Positions 18,440 through 26,666 of a DNA stretch of 32,000 nt are shown here, piece after piece. This DNA is from Thermoproteus tenax Kra 1 (lineage in GTDB: Archaea; Thermoproteota; Thermoprotei; Thermoproteales; Thermoproteaceae): positions 540,001 through 572,000 of the forward strand of contig NC_016070.1 of assembly GCF_000253055.1 (NCBI RefSeq). Direction: 5' to 3'. The translations under genes and the position numbers were made by a program. Each line of letters begins with the position of its first letter. The stretch's first letter is position 1. The notes below the pieces were generated by a model, which searched no databases, had not been told where the DNA came from, and worked only from the letters and a program-made list of their open reading frames with translations.

Positions 18440-20083
18440 CTATCTTTTAGGTTTTATGATAGTAAATATATCATTTTCTATTTTTATATTTTCATTAAAT
18501 ATTTCATTGAATCTTTTTATATAATAATTAAGTTTATTTAGTTCATCTTCATTGAGCTCCCTTTGTTCAATCTCTATTTCGTCCTCGCGTCTGCGTTCCT
18601 CTTTCAGCCCATCTAGTTCAAGCGACCTAAGGTAGCGCTCCCACGCCCTTCTATCCATGTGGCTTACGGCATCTCTCGGCACCTCGCCTCTTATAAAGAT
18701 CTCGCCGCCGACCATGCCTCTAGCTATCATGTCCCCTACAGGCTCGTCGTTCGTGGCCCTCAAGACGATTATAGTTCCTCTGCCCATGTACTCACCCAAG
18801 TATTTCCCGGCGGAGCCCCCTATAACGACCGTGGCTCCTCTCAACTGGATGCCCGCCCTGTTGCCCGCGTCCCCATAGACGTAGATCTCCCCGCCTCTAG
18901 CCGCTTGGCCTAATGTGTCTCCCGCGTTCCCATAGACGGCGGCCAGACCTCCGTTCATCGCGTCGCCGAAGTCGTCTTGTACGTCGCCGTAGACGTAGAA
19001 GAGGCCCCCCGACATTACGTTGGCTGAGGCGTTGCCCACAGTCCCCCACACCCTAAGAATCCCCGACTCCATGCCGTTGCCCAAATATCGATGTCCGTTG
19101 ACGTTGACCACTGAGACTTCGCCCCTTTTGGCCAACTCGGCTCTAACGATAGATGCCAACGATATTGCGTCGTAGAGAGATGCGTCTATGGCGTCTTGAG
19201 GTGGCTGAGGCAAGTCTGGGTAGATATACCTTCGTCTGAAGTTTCCCTTCAGCTCGTCGCCCTCAGCGATAATGTATTCTCCCCCTCTCAGTGCCCAGAC
19301 TGATGCGGAGGGCATGACGGCCCTAATGGCGCCAATCTCAGAGGCCACGGCGAGGACGCCGTCGGCTACGCCGACATACAGCGGTCTGAAGTGGTTCGGG
19401 TCCACGAACGCGCCAAATATGGGCTTAGATCCGCCTACGATGAAGGCCACGGCGTAGGGGCCGTCGAGCCGCGCCCATCGGTACCTCCTTCCGTACATTA
19501 GCTCTTGGACTGCCTCCTCGATGCCCACCTCGTTGGCCAAATAGGCCAACAGATACGCTATGGCCTCGCTATCGTTGCCAGTGAACTTGGCGTGCATTCT
19601 GTATTTAATGAAGTTGACGTTTGCGCCGTAGCTGCTTAGATCTCCGTTGTGAACTATCGCCACGTCACCTGCGGCAAACGGGTGGGAGTAGTATGGCATT
19701 CTGCCGGGACTGTTGGTTGGATAGCGCGTATGACCTATCCAGATCTTGCTTTTGAGCCCGTCCACTCCGTAGATTCTCGGGATGTCCTCCGGCCACCCTA
19801 CTACTTTATATATGTCTATCCATTTACTATTTAGATAAATATATCCCTCTATATCCTTATATTCGTTGAGCTCTACATCAAAAATATTGCCTGGAAGTTG
19901 TATAAATTTCTCGCCTATAGGTTTATAGGAAAAAGCCTTGATGCGGGGTCTATCGGAGGGTCTATAGAGGGCAACGCCGGCGCCATGCGGCGTACCCCTC
20001 TCCCTCATTGTGGCGAGGGCCCTCACCACGAGCTCTATCGGCACCTCAGATGAAGTCGAATAGATTCCAAATATGCCGCACAT
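18440..20083 (-). CDS. Glutamate synthase class II GATase domain fused to the GXGXG (GltB C-terminal-like) domain, without the FMN domain
   Basis: MCGIFGIYS start, HTRYPTNSPG, HNGDLSSYG, TGNDSEAIAYLLA; then GYRYLG-like GHRYLGNGMESG...GGLFYVYGDVQDDFGDAMNGG...GGSAGKYLGEYMGRG repeats. ATG 20083 used instead of 20113. Confidence 0.88.
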   Translation of the reverse strand: MCGIFGIYSTSSEVPIELVVRALATMRERGTPHGAGVALYRPSDRPRIKAFSYKPIGEKFIQLPGNIFDVELNEYKDIEGYIYLNSKWIDIYKVVGWPEDIPRIYGVDGLKSKIWIGHTRYPTNSPGRMPYYSHPFAAGDVAIVHNGDLSSYGANVNFIKYRMHAKFTGNDSEAIAYLLAYLANEVGIEEAVQELMYGRRYRWARLDGPYAVAFIVGGSKPIFGAFVDPNHFRPLYVGVADGVLAVASEIGAIRAVMPSASVWALRGGEYIIAEGDELKGNFRRRYIYPDLPQPPQDAIDASLYDAISLASIVRAELAKRGEVSVVNVNGHRYLGNGMESGILRVWGTVGNASANVMSGGLFYVYGDVQDDFGDAMNGGLAAVYGNAGDTLGQAARGGEIYVYGDAGNRAGIQLRGATVVIGGSAGKYLGEYMGRGTIIVLRATNDEPVGDMIARGMVGGEIFIRGEVPRDAVSHMDRRAWERYLRSLELDGLKEERRREDEIEIEQRELNEDELNKLNYYIKRFNEIFNENIKIENDIFTIIKPKR

Positions 20084-20160
20084 GAGCGCTCCATATAGCC
20101 TATATAAAAGCATTTCATCATATATATTTCATAAAACTGGCGTGCGAGACAACACATTTA

Positions 20161-20179
20161 TACAAATAAGACTTTTGTA
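20161..20179. promoter_or_regulatory. Inverted repeat TACAAA-N7-TTTGTA, candidate operator of the PadR-family gene
   Basis: Direct reading: tacaaataagacttttgta; lies between TATA-like box CATTTATAC (20155-20163) and the GTG start at 20183. Confidence 0.5.
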
Positions 20180-20182
20180 AAA

Positions 20183-20656
20183 GTGTTTGGAGGCCGAGGA
20201 AGGGGATATTATAAGGCCATTGTATTATATCTACTCTCGTCGGGGCCCTTAAGCGGCTACGAGATAATTAAGGCGATAGAGAACGCGTTCAAGGGCAAGG
20301 TAAAGCCTTCGCCGGGCACAATTTACCCCCTTCTAAAATATCTGGAGGAGGAGGGCTACATAACCTCGGAGGAACAGCCCGTGGGAAGGAAAAGGAAGAA
20401 GATCTATAGGTTGAACGAGAAGGGGAAGGAGCTATTAGCTCAATACTCCAACGACCCAGATTTTGTCCAACTCATGGCCTATTTTAAGGAGGGGGGCACA
20501 GCCCAGTTGGACATTATATCTTCTATAATCGAGGAAGTGAGGTTCCTCTCCGAGATCTTCGACGAGCTGGAGACGCACGATAGGGCGAGACTTCAGGAGC
20601 TCCACGCGACAGTGGCCGAGTTCTTAGAAAAAATAGCGAGACGCCTTGCGTCATAA
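20183..20656 (+). CDS. PadR-family winged-helix transcriptional regulator, GTG start
   Basis: LYLLSSGPLSGYEIIKAIENAFKGKVKPSPGTIYPLLKYLEEEGYITSEEQPVGRKRKKIYRLNEKGKELL. Confidence 0.93.
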   Translation: MFGGRGRGYYKAIVLYLLSSGPLSGYEIIKAIENAFKGKVKPSPGTIYPLLKYLEEEGYITSEEQPVGRKRKKIYRLNEKGKELLAQYSNDPDFVQLMAYFKEGGTAQLDIISSIIEEVRFLSEIFDELETHDRARLQELHATVAEFLEKIARRLAS

Positions 20657-20688
20657 AACTTAAATATATCGATATATCTATTCGCTCT

Positions 20689-22818
20689 ATGAATAAAGCG
20701 TGGTCGTTCGCGATAGTAGCGCTCCTCCTTCTCTTGGCACAGACCGAGGCCGCGGGCGTTATCCCGGTCTATATAGGCATCAGCGTACTCCAGGCTCCGC
20801 CTATAGCGCGCCCGGGCTCTCTAGTCCAACTTACCATCCTTATAACTACCACATCGCCTATGGGGCCTGTAGAGGTGATCGTGAACTCGACTAAGCTCCT
20901 CGTCTTGACCGGAGGTCGATACGAGCTGGCCGGCTTAGCTCCAGGTCAGCCCATCCGACTGACCTCTGTAGTAGAAGTCCCCATAGGCGTGGGCCCCGGC
21001 TCCTATAATGTGACAGTCTCCTTAGTGAGCCCGGCCGGCGGCCGGACGATCCGGAGCTTCAACTACACTGTAACGGTGGAGCCGCTCGACTTCGGCGCGC
21101 TGGTCGTCCCCGTCGTTAGACAGCCTCTTGTCCCAGGACAGCCCGTAGAGCTCCCAGTGTTGCTGTTCAACCCCACGCCTGACGCCATGAAGGCATATGT
21201 GGACGTCGTAGGGGGCCCCTTCGCGCAATACCTCAACGCTTCTGCGTCTTGCTCCTCCTACGTCCCCCCATTCTCCAACTCCACTTGTGTTATTCCCCTA
21301 GTGGTTAAGCCCAACGCTTCCTCAGGCGTCTACGTGGCTCAAGCGAATGTAACTTACGTTGATCAAAATGACGGGTCGGCGGTCGCATTCGCTAAGAAGT
21401 TCAACGTGACAGTGCTTCCGCCCCCAGACTTCAACCTGGCGCTTCTGCCGAACGGCGCCGTGATCGTAGGCCAGCCCACTATCTTGACTCTGGCCGTTTC
21501 AGCGTCGGGCGCCGTACCTCCTACAAACGTCACCATTATACCGCTCAATACGACCGACATCCATTTCGTCTTCAACGAGGTTAAAATGCCCATTTTGACC
21601 ACGGCACAGATACCGTTGGAGGCCTTCGTGGAGCACTACGGCACAGTAAAAGCCGACTTTGAGATCTGTTATTTTGTAGGCTCCTGCACAACGAGGGAGG
21701 TCACCTTGTTTGTACCGCAGCCAGACGTTGCTGTCGACGTCTTCGCCAACCCGCCTCTCTCATACCCAGGCTCGATAGTCCAGTTGAACATCGTCGTCTC
21801 GGCGAATAGGCCAACGGGGCCTATCACGATCAGTGTGAACTCCTCATATCTCAAGATACTTGAGGGAGCGATGGCCGAGCTACCTGGGTTAGCCCCCGGC
21901 GCGCCAGCGACGATAACCGCCGTTGTAAAGGTGCCCGACCAAACAACTCCGGGGGACTATCCAATTACCATGCAAGTTGGGGACGAAGAGTACACCTATC
22001 TGGTCCACGTAGAATCTCCGAGCGTCTTGATACAGAGCGTCCTCATAGAGCCTCCGGTAGTAGTGTCGGAGAGTCTGTTGCCCTATGTAAAGGCCATTGT
22101 CTCCTTAGTCAACACCGGCGTTGTACCCGCGCGCGATGTAGTGGTGCAGCTGAGCGGGGTCCCGGTCGTCGGGAACTCCACTGTGCCTCTCGGCGTGTTG
22201 CCGCCCGGCCAGCCTGTCCAGATACCGTTCCTCCTTAACGTCACTGGCTTAAGCCCCGGCGAGGTCGAGCTGAGGGCCGACGTCAGATGGCTCGGCGGCG
22301 CGGCAACGGCCAGCGCGCCGCTCACTGTGTTGCCCAAGGCCGATTTAGAGGTCAATTACACTGCTGCGAACGCACAGCCGGGTTCAACGGCTATAGTGAC
22401 TATCACTCTGACCAACAGAGGGCCGGTGGCTGCCAAAATGGTCTCACTCCAGTGGACGCCCAACCAGATCTTCCAGCTCCACACGCCCAGTTCTGCTACG
22501 CCTACTGCCAACCTGTTGGAGTCAAACGTCAGATTCTTGGGCGACATAGCGCCTGGGCAGAGCGTCTCTACTACATATCTCGTTGACGTCTCTAGCGATG
22601 TGCCCGCCGGAGTCTACTACGCGACTATAGTAATAGAGTGGAACGAGACGGGGGCTCTATATCCGGTTGTAGAGACTGTGACAATACCTATACGAGTGAG
22701 CCAGACCGTCAACTGGCTAGAGGTGGGACCTCTGGCGCTTGCCTTGCTCATAGCAATAGTCGGCGTCGCTCTGATCATCAGAAGGAGATCGGGGCATAGC
22801 AATAAGTCCCAGCCTTAA
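20689..22818 (+). CDS. Large exported, membrane-anchored surface protein with repeated Ig-like/CARDB-like (COG1361-type) domains
   Basis: N-terminal signal peptide, internal repeats rich in beta-strand/N-X-S/T sites, C-terminal TM LALALLIAIVGVALIIRRRSG followed by basic tail. Confidence 0.8.
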   Translation: MNKAWSFAIVALLLLLAQTEAAGVIPVYIGISVLQAPPIARPGSLVQLTILITTTSPMGPVEVIVNSTKLLVLTGGRYELAGLAPGQPIRLTSVVEVPIGVGPGSYNVTVSLVSPAGGRTIRSFNYTVTVEPLDFGALVVPVVRQPLVPGQPVELPVLLFNPTPDAMKAYVDVVGGPFAQYLNASASCSSYVPPFSNSTCVIPLVVKPNASSGVYVAQANVTYVDQNDGSAVAFAKKFNVTVLPPPDFNLALLPNGAVIVGQPTILTLAVSASGAVPPTNVTIIPLNTTDIHFVFNEVKMPILTTAQIPLEAFVEHYGTVKADFEICYFVGSCTTREVTLFVPQPDVAVDVFANPPLSYPGSIVQLNIVVSANRPTGPITISVNSSYLKILEGAMAELPGLAPGAPATITAVVKVPDQTTPGDYPITMQVGDEEYTYLVHVESPSVLIQSVLIEPPVVVSESLLPYVKAIVSLVNTGVVPARDVVVQLSGVPVVGNSTVPLGVLPPGQPVQIPFLLNVTGLSPGEVELRADVRWLGGAATASAPLTVLPKADLEVNYTAANAQPGSTAIVTITLTNRGPVAAKMVSLQWTPNQIFQLHTPSSATPTANLLESNVRFLGDIAPGQSVSTTYLVDVSSDVPAGVYYATIVIEWNETGALYPVVETVTIPIRVSQTVNWLEVGPLALALLIAIVGVALIIRRRSGHSNKSQP

Positions 22819-22850
22819 TAGATCTCATAAATCTAGATAGATTCTCCTGC

Positions 22851-23267
22851 GTGTTCGTATCTCTTGAAGATATCCTAGAGAGAGTTAAGGCAAAAACATT
22901 AAAAGAGGGGGCTCCATGCGCGCCCGGTAATATAGACATTGTGTTGTCCGACGATCTCTATCTTTCGGGCAACACAGCGGTTCTCAAAACGCCGGAGGGG
23001 CACAGATGTTTAGATATCGGCATTCTCTCGGAGGGTATACAGTCCGTTGCGTATCTCAGAATAGTTAAACAAGCACAGTTCAAGACTCTGGAGCCGCCCT
23101 ACGTCGAGATATCTGGCGATGAGGACAGATATCTGGTCCTGGGGGTCTACAATAACAAGGTCTATATGGCTGAGTGGTCGGGGATCAGGTTGTGTTGCTC
23201 ATGGATTGTCGATATAAGTTTAGATGAATATAAAAAATCATATGAAATATTAAAAACATATATATGA
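22851..23267 (+). CDS. Uncharacterised 138 aa protein, first gene of a coupled cassette with a wHTH protein and dsrC
   Basis: GTG start after a TATA-like/AGAT-rich region; ATGA overlap (23264-23267) with the next ORF; no family recognised. Confidence 0.65.
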   Translation: MFVSLEDILERVKAKTLKEGAPCAPGNIDIVLSDDLYLSGNTAVLKTPEGHRCLDIGILSEGIQSVAYLRIVKQAQFKTLEPPYVEISGDEDRYLVLGVYNNKVYMAEWSGIRLCCSWIVDISLDEYKKSYEILKTYI

Positions 23268-23836
23268 TATTTCAATCAATATTTGAAAAATTTAATCTCA
23301 ATATCAATGATAAGGAGATGGCCATATTGGCGTCCATTTTGGCCAACGAGCCCGTGACGGCGTACAAAATAGCCGTAGAGAATAGGATGCATTTCTCCTA
23401 CGTCTACAAGAAGGTTGAAAGTTTCGAGAAAGCAGAGCTCGTGGGCTATTACTGTGAGCCCTACGATGGAAGAAAACTGTACTACTTACTCCCCAAGGGC
23501 GTAATACTATTGTTGGGACACGAAAGGCCGGAGAGGCTCTATATTGATAAGCTGAGGGATAAGTGGCACTTGAAAGATTGGGGAGATCAGGAGATAATCG
23601 ACTTAGTCAATATAATTATTAGACACTATAGGCCGGGCATGCCCATAAACGACATTGTCATGGTCGCCTACGCGTTGTATACCAGATATCTAGCGGGTGA
23701 TATAGCCGTCGGAGATCGCGAAAGGGGCGTGCTCAACAAGCTGTTCAGAAGATCGTTCGAGGCTCTCGTAAGCCTCATAAGCTATGATTGTCTGGAAAAG
23801 TGTAAAGGGAGGCTGGCGAGTAGAGAGTATATATGA
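23264..23836 (+). CDS. Winged-helix (PadR/MarR-like) DNA-binding protein with C-terminal extension
   Basis: LASILANEPVTAYKIAVENRMHFSYVYKKVESFEKAELVGYYCEPYDGRKLYYLLPKGVILL resembles a wHTH; ATGA overlap (23833-23836) with dsrC. Confidence 0.7.
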   Translation: MIFQSIFEKFNLNINDKEMAILASILANEPVTAYKIAVENRMHFSYVYKKVESFEKAELVGYYCEPYDGRKLYYLLPKGVILLLGHERPERLYIDKLRDKWHLKDWGDQEIIDLVNIIIRHYRPGMPINDIVMVAYALYTRYLAGDIAVGDRERGVLNKLFRRSFEALVSLISYDCLEKCKGRLASREYI

Positions 23837-24168
23837 CCTCGATTAAGTGCCCGGGCGAATACCGCGTAGGCAACGCAACCGTATCTCTGGACGAGTGGTG
23901 TTTTCTGAGAGATCCTCTCTCATGGAACGAGGAGGTAGCCGAGTGGCTTGCCGAAAACCTAGAGGGAATTCGCCTCACTGAGGCGCACTGGCGCGTCTTG
24001 AGATACCTCAGGTCCTACTGGGAGAAGTATGGCTTCTGCCCTCCGGTGAAGAGGCTCTTGATGGATTTGGGGGTGACCTTCAAGGATTTATACGACCTCT
24101 TTCCGTCGGGCCCAGCCGATGGCGCCTGCAAAATAGCAGGCTTGCCCCGGCCGGGAGGTTGCGTATAG
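23833..24168 (+). CDS. dsrC: DsrC/TusE family sulfur carrier protein
   Basis: LTEAHWRVLRYLRSYWEKYGFCPPVKRL...LFPSGPADGACKIAGLPRPGGCV; two C-terminal Cys separated by 10 residues, the last penultimate. Confidence 0.95.
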   Translation: MTSIKCPGEYRVGNATVSLDEWCFLRDPLSWNEEVAEWLAENLEGIRLTEAHWRVLRYLRSYWEKYGFCPPVKRLLMDLGVTFKDLYDLFPSGPADGACKIAGLPRPGGCV

Positions 24169-24265
24169 TATCGGATCGCCGCAAGGCGGGGCTATAGCCA
24201 AATCGGCGTTCCCTCTTAGTTTCAACGTCAAACTGCAATTTAAATACACGGTACTATCTACCCCC

Positions 24266-24694
24266 ATGAGCGCTGAGGAGAGAATCTTCAGAGCTTTGTC
24301 AGATCCACAGAAACAGGAGGCTTTGGCCGCTTTGTTGGAGAATATCGATGTAATAAAGGACCTCGTCGCTCTTCTGGCCGAACTTAAGAACGCCGGCGTA
24401 CTTGAGGGCTTGGCCGGCCTCCTGGCCCTCATGAGGGCCTTTTCCGGAGATCTATTGGGCAGAGATGTGGCAGAGAAGGCCGCCAAGATGTTAGACCTTG
24501 CCTCAGCTTTCTCCCTCCTTGGCGCAAACGTGAACAATGTGGCGTGTCTCTCGAGGGCTGTGGCCGAGGCTGACGCCTCAAATCCAGCGGGGATATACAG
24601 CCTTGTCAACTCTCTACAAGACCCAGACGTGCAGAGAGGGCTAGGCTACTTCCTCTCATTTATGAAGGCCTTGGGCAAGTGTATCAGGGGCTAA
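24266..24694 (+). CDS. DUF1641-family protein (short)
   Basis: ALLAELKNAGVLEGLAGLLALMRAFSGDLLGRDVAEKAAKM...LQDPDVQRGLGYFLSFMKALGK; box TTTAAATAC about 24 nt upstream of ATG. Confidence 0.75.
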   Translation: MSAEERIFRALSDPQKQEALAALLENIDVIKDLVALLAELKNAGVLEGLAGLLALMRAFSGDLLGRDVAEKAAKMLDLASAFSLLGANVNNVACLSRAVAEADASNPAGIYSLVNSLQDPDVQRGLGYFLSFMKALGKCIRG

Positions 24695-24723
24695 CACTAT
24701 TAAACTCGTAGTTTGAGTAGGCC

Positions 24724-25017
24724 GTGTCAGAGTTTCGAACTCCCGGCGAGGGCGAGATGTTGGGGAAAGTTTTGGAGATGTTGGGAGATAACAGAGTTAA
24801 GGTAATATGCCAGGATGGAAACGTGAGAGTGGCGAGGATACCGGGCCGTTATAGAAAGAGGCTGTGGCTTAAGCCCGGCGACTACGTGATAGTCGCCGTC
24901 TGGGACTTCGACCCGAACAAGGGGGATGTGGTACACAAATATGAGAAGAGGGATATCGATGAATTGAGGAGGAGGGGCTACGGAGAGGTCATCGATAATT
25001 TGGATAAGCTCGCCTAG
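24724..25017 (+). CDS. eif1A: Translation initiation factor aIF-1A, GTG start
   Basis: EGEMLGKVLEMLGDNRVKVICQDGNVRVARIPGRYRKRLWLKPGDYVIVAVWDFDPNKGDVVHKY. Confidence 0.95.
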   Translation: MSEFRTPGEGEMLGKVLEMLGDNRVKVICQDGNVRVARIPGRYRKRLWLKPGDYVIVAVWDFDPNKGDVVHKYEKRDIDELRRRGYGEVIDNLDKLA

Positions 25018-26420
25018 GGGGCATAGACGTACGGTATCTGGAGCATCTCGGCCACATCTCTATCTAGTGAGGCCACGTCCTCGGGGCCTACGTCGGCCAC
25101 GTCGTATTTGCCCAATGCAGATGTCAACATTTGTATCTCCACCCTGAGAGACTCTATGTAGTTCTCAACTCCCTTCGAGCCGCGCGCCAGCGCGGCTATC
25201 AAGAAGGGGCGCGCCATATAGACTGCCGAGGCGCCGAGGGCCAAGCTCTTGACGACGTGGCCTCCGTCGTAGAGCCTCCCCGCTATCAAAAGCGATATCT
25301 TTCTGCCCTCGGCCCTCGCTTTTCTTATTATCTTGAGGCCGACCAAAGTGGGGTACCCCAGATCTTTCATAGCCGCGGTGGGGGCCATACCTGTGCCCCC
25401 CTCCTTTCCATCGATTACGACGGCCGAGGCGCCTTCCTCGTCGGCGATCCTTATTACGTCCAAGGCGTCGCGGAACGGCCCCAGCTTTATCCATATCCTC
25501 GCCCTTGGATAGGCCGTCTTCATGAATCTGATAGTCCCAGCCAGGATCTCGGCGGTGAATGTGCCAGGTACAGAGTATCTTGTTATGAACTTTTTGCCAA
25601 GCTCAGACTCGTCGAATTTGTACTTGGCCCTAAGCTTCTCCACTTGCTCCCTCGGTATCTTTATAACGCCGCCGAGTCCCGGCTTCGCCCCCTGCCCTAT
25701 CTTTATCTCGAAGCCTATCCTGCCCTCCTCAATGTAGGGCTCCACGTCCTTGTCGCTGTACACCCTGTTCCACAGTTCATCGTAGGCGTCCTCCACGCTC
25801 TGCTGTATTATTATGCCGCCTCTCTTGTCGATATTCGTCAAATACGCCATGAGCCTTTCCTTAAACGCAGGGTGGCCCCTCGTCGCCCTCTTGGCATATC
25901 CTCTGACTGTGGCCACGTTTTCCCCTATCGCGTAGACAATGCCCGCCTTGGCAGCCGCCTTGGCTATATCTATAGCTGTCTTGCTCGCTATATGGGTCGA
26001 TCCCATAGATCCCACAGCTACCGGCAAGGACGATATGAACCCGCCTATCTCGCTCTCAGTCCTCACGTCCATAAAGATGGGCTCCCTTAAGAGCTCGGCC
26101 GCCTTCTCCAACCTCTTGGGGGTAAATGCAGGCGGCATAAGCACTACTGTGTCCAGCGTCTTGAAACGGGGGGTACCCTTGTAGAAGGCCCCGGCGCCTA
26201 ACACGGCGGAGCCATACGACGATAAGAGGCCGAAGGGGTAAACCGACTCCTTGCCTCTCAAGGCTCTATATGCTATCTCTCCTACGGGATAGTCGGAGAG
26301 AAACTCCTTCACGCCTCTGAAGAGGTAGGTAAGGCCCTTGAACAGAACGGCCAGTCTAGCCGGCAACATCGCCTCCGCCATTGTCGCTGTTTTTATCCAT
26401 ACTCCGGCAAATTTTCGCAT
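25014..26420 (-). CDS. GltB-like FMN-binding glutamate synthase family protein lacking the Cys cluster
   Basis: SSLPVAVGSMGSTHIASKTAIDIAKAAAKAGI, FEIKIGQGAKPGLGGVI, VIDGKEGGTGMAPTAAMKDLGYPT, LLIAGRLYDGGHVVKSLALGASAVYMARPFL. Confidence 0.88.
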   Translation of the reverse strand: MRKFAGVWIKTATMAEAMLPARLAVLFKGLTYLFRGVKEFLSDYPVGEIAYRALRGKESVYPFGLLSSYGSAVLGAGAFYKGTPRFKTLDTVVLMPPAFTPKRLEKAAELLREPIFMDVRTESEIGGFISSLPVAVGSMGSTHIASKTAIDIAKAAAKAGIVYAIGENVATVRGYAKRATRGHPAFKERLMAYLTNIDKRGGIIIQQSVEDAYDELWNRVYSDKDVEPYIEEGRIGFEIKIGQGAKPGLGGVIKIPREQVEKLRAKYKFDESELGKKFITRYSVPGTFTAEILAGTIRFMKTAYPRARIWIKLGPFRDALDVIRIADEEGASAVVIDGKEGGTGMAPTAAMKDLGYPTLVGLKIIRKARAEGRKISLLIAGRLYDGGHVVKSLALGASAVYMARPFLIAALARGSKGVENYIESLRVEIQMLTSALGKYDVADVGPEDVASLDRDVAEMLQIPYVYAP

Positions 26421-26635
26421 AAATGGCCGTAATATGATAATATTTTTGCAGATAGGCCAGCAATTTAGAGTATTTATTTCATTTTATCCCTTGTAAAGAT
26501 GGTTAATTTCCTTATCGCCTACATGTTTTTTGTTTTTATTTCGCCACTATTTTCGGTAAAATTGCCAGCATATTCCGTGCTGTGAAAGAAAGAAAATGAG
26601 TTTAACTACGGATTTATTGGTATAATGGCCTATCA

Positions 26636-26647
26636 TTATTTAATAAT
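26636..26647 (+). promoter_or_regulatory. TATA-like box of the AsnRS-like gene; lies inside the track's extended ORF
   Basis: TTATTTAATAAT centred about 26 nt before ATG 26667. Confidence 0.5.
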
Positions 26648-26666
26648 ATCACTTGGGATAGGCCCC

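Noticed and set aside
24169-24265. Possible tRNA or small RNA in the gap between dsrC and the DUF1641-like gene
   Set aside because: No tRNA T-loop (GGTTCRAATCC-type) or acceptor pairing, and no convincing C/D box pair; the gap is explained by a TATA-like box TTTAAATAC before ATG 24266.
25131-26090. 319 aa plus-strand ORF
   Set aside because: Fully antisense to the well-supported GltB-like CDS; composition (Arg/Tyr-rich, no motifs) is typical of shadow ORFs in GC-rich codon-biased DNA.
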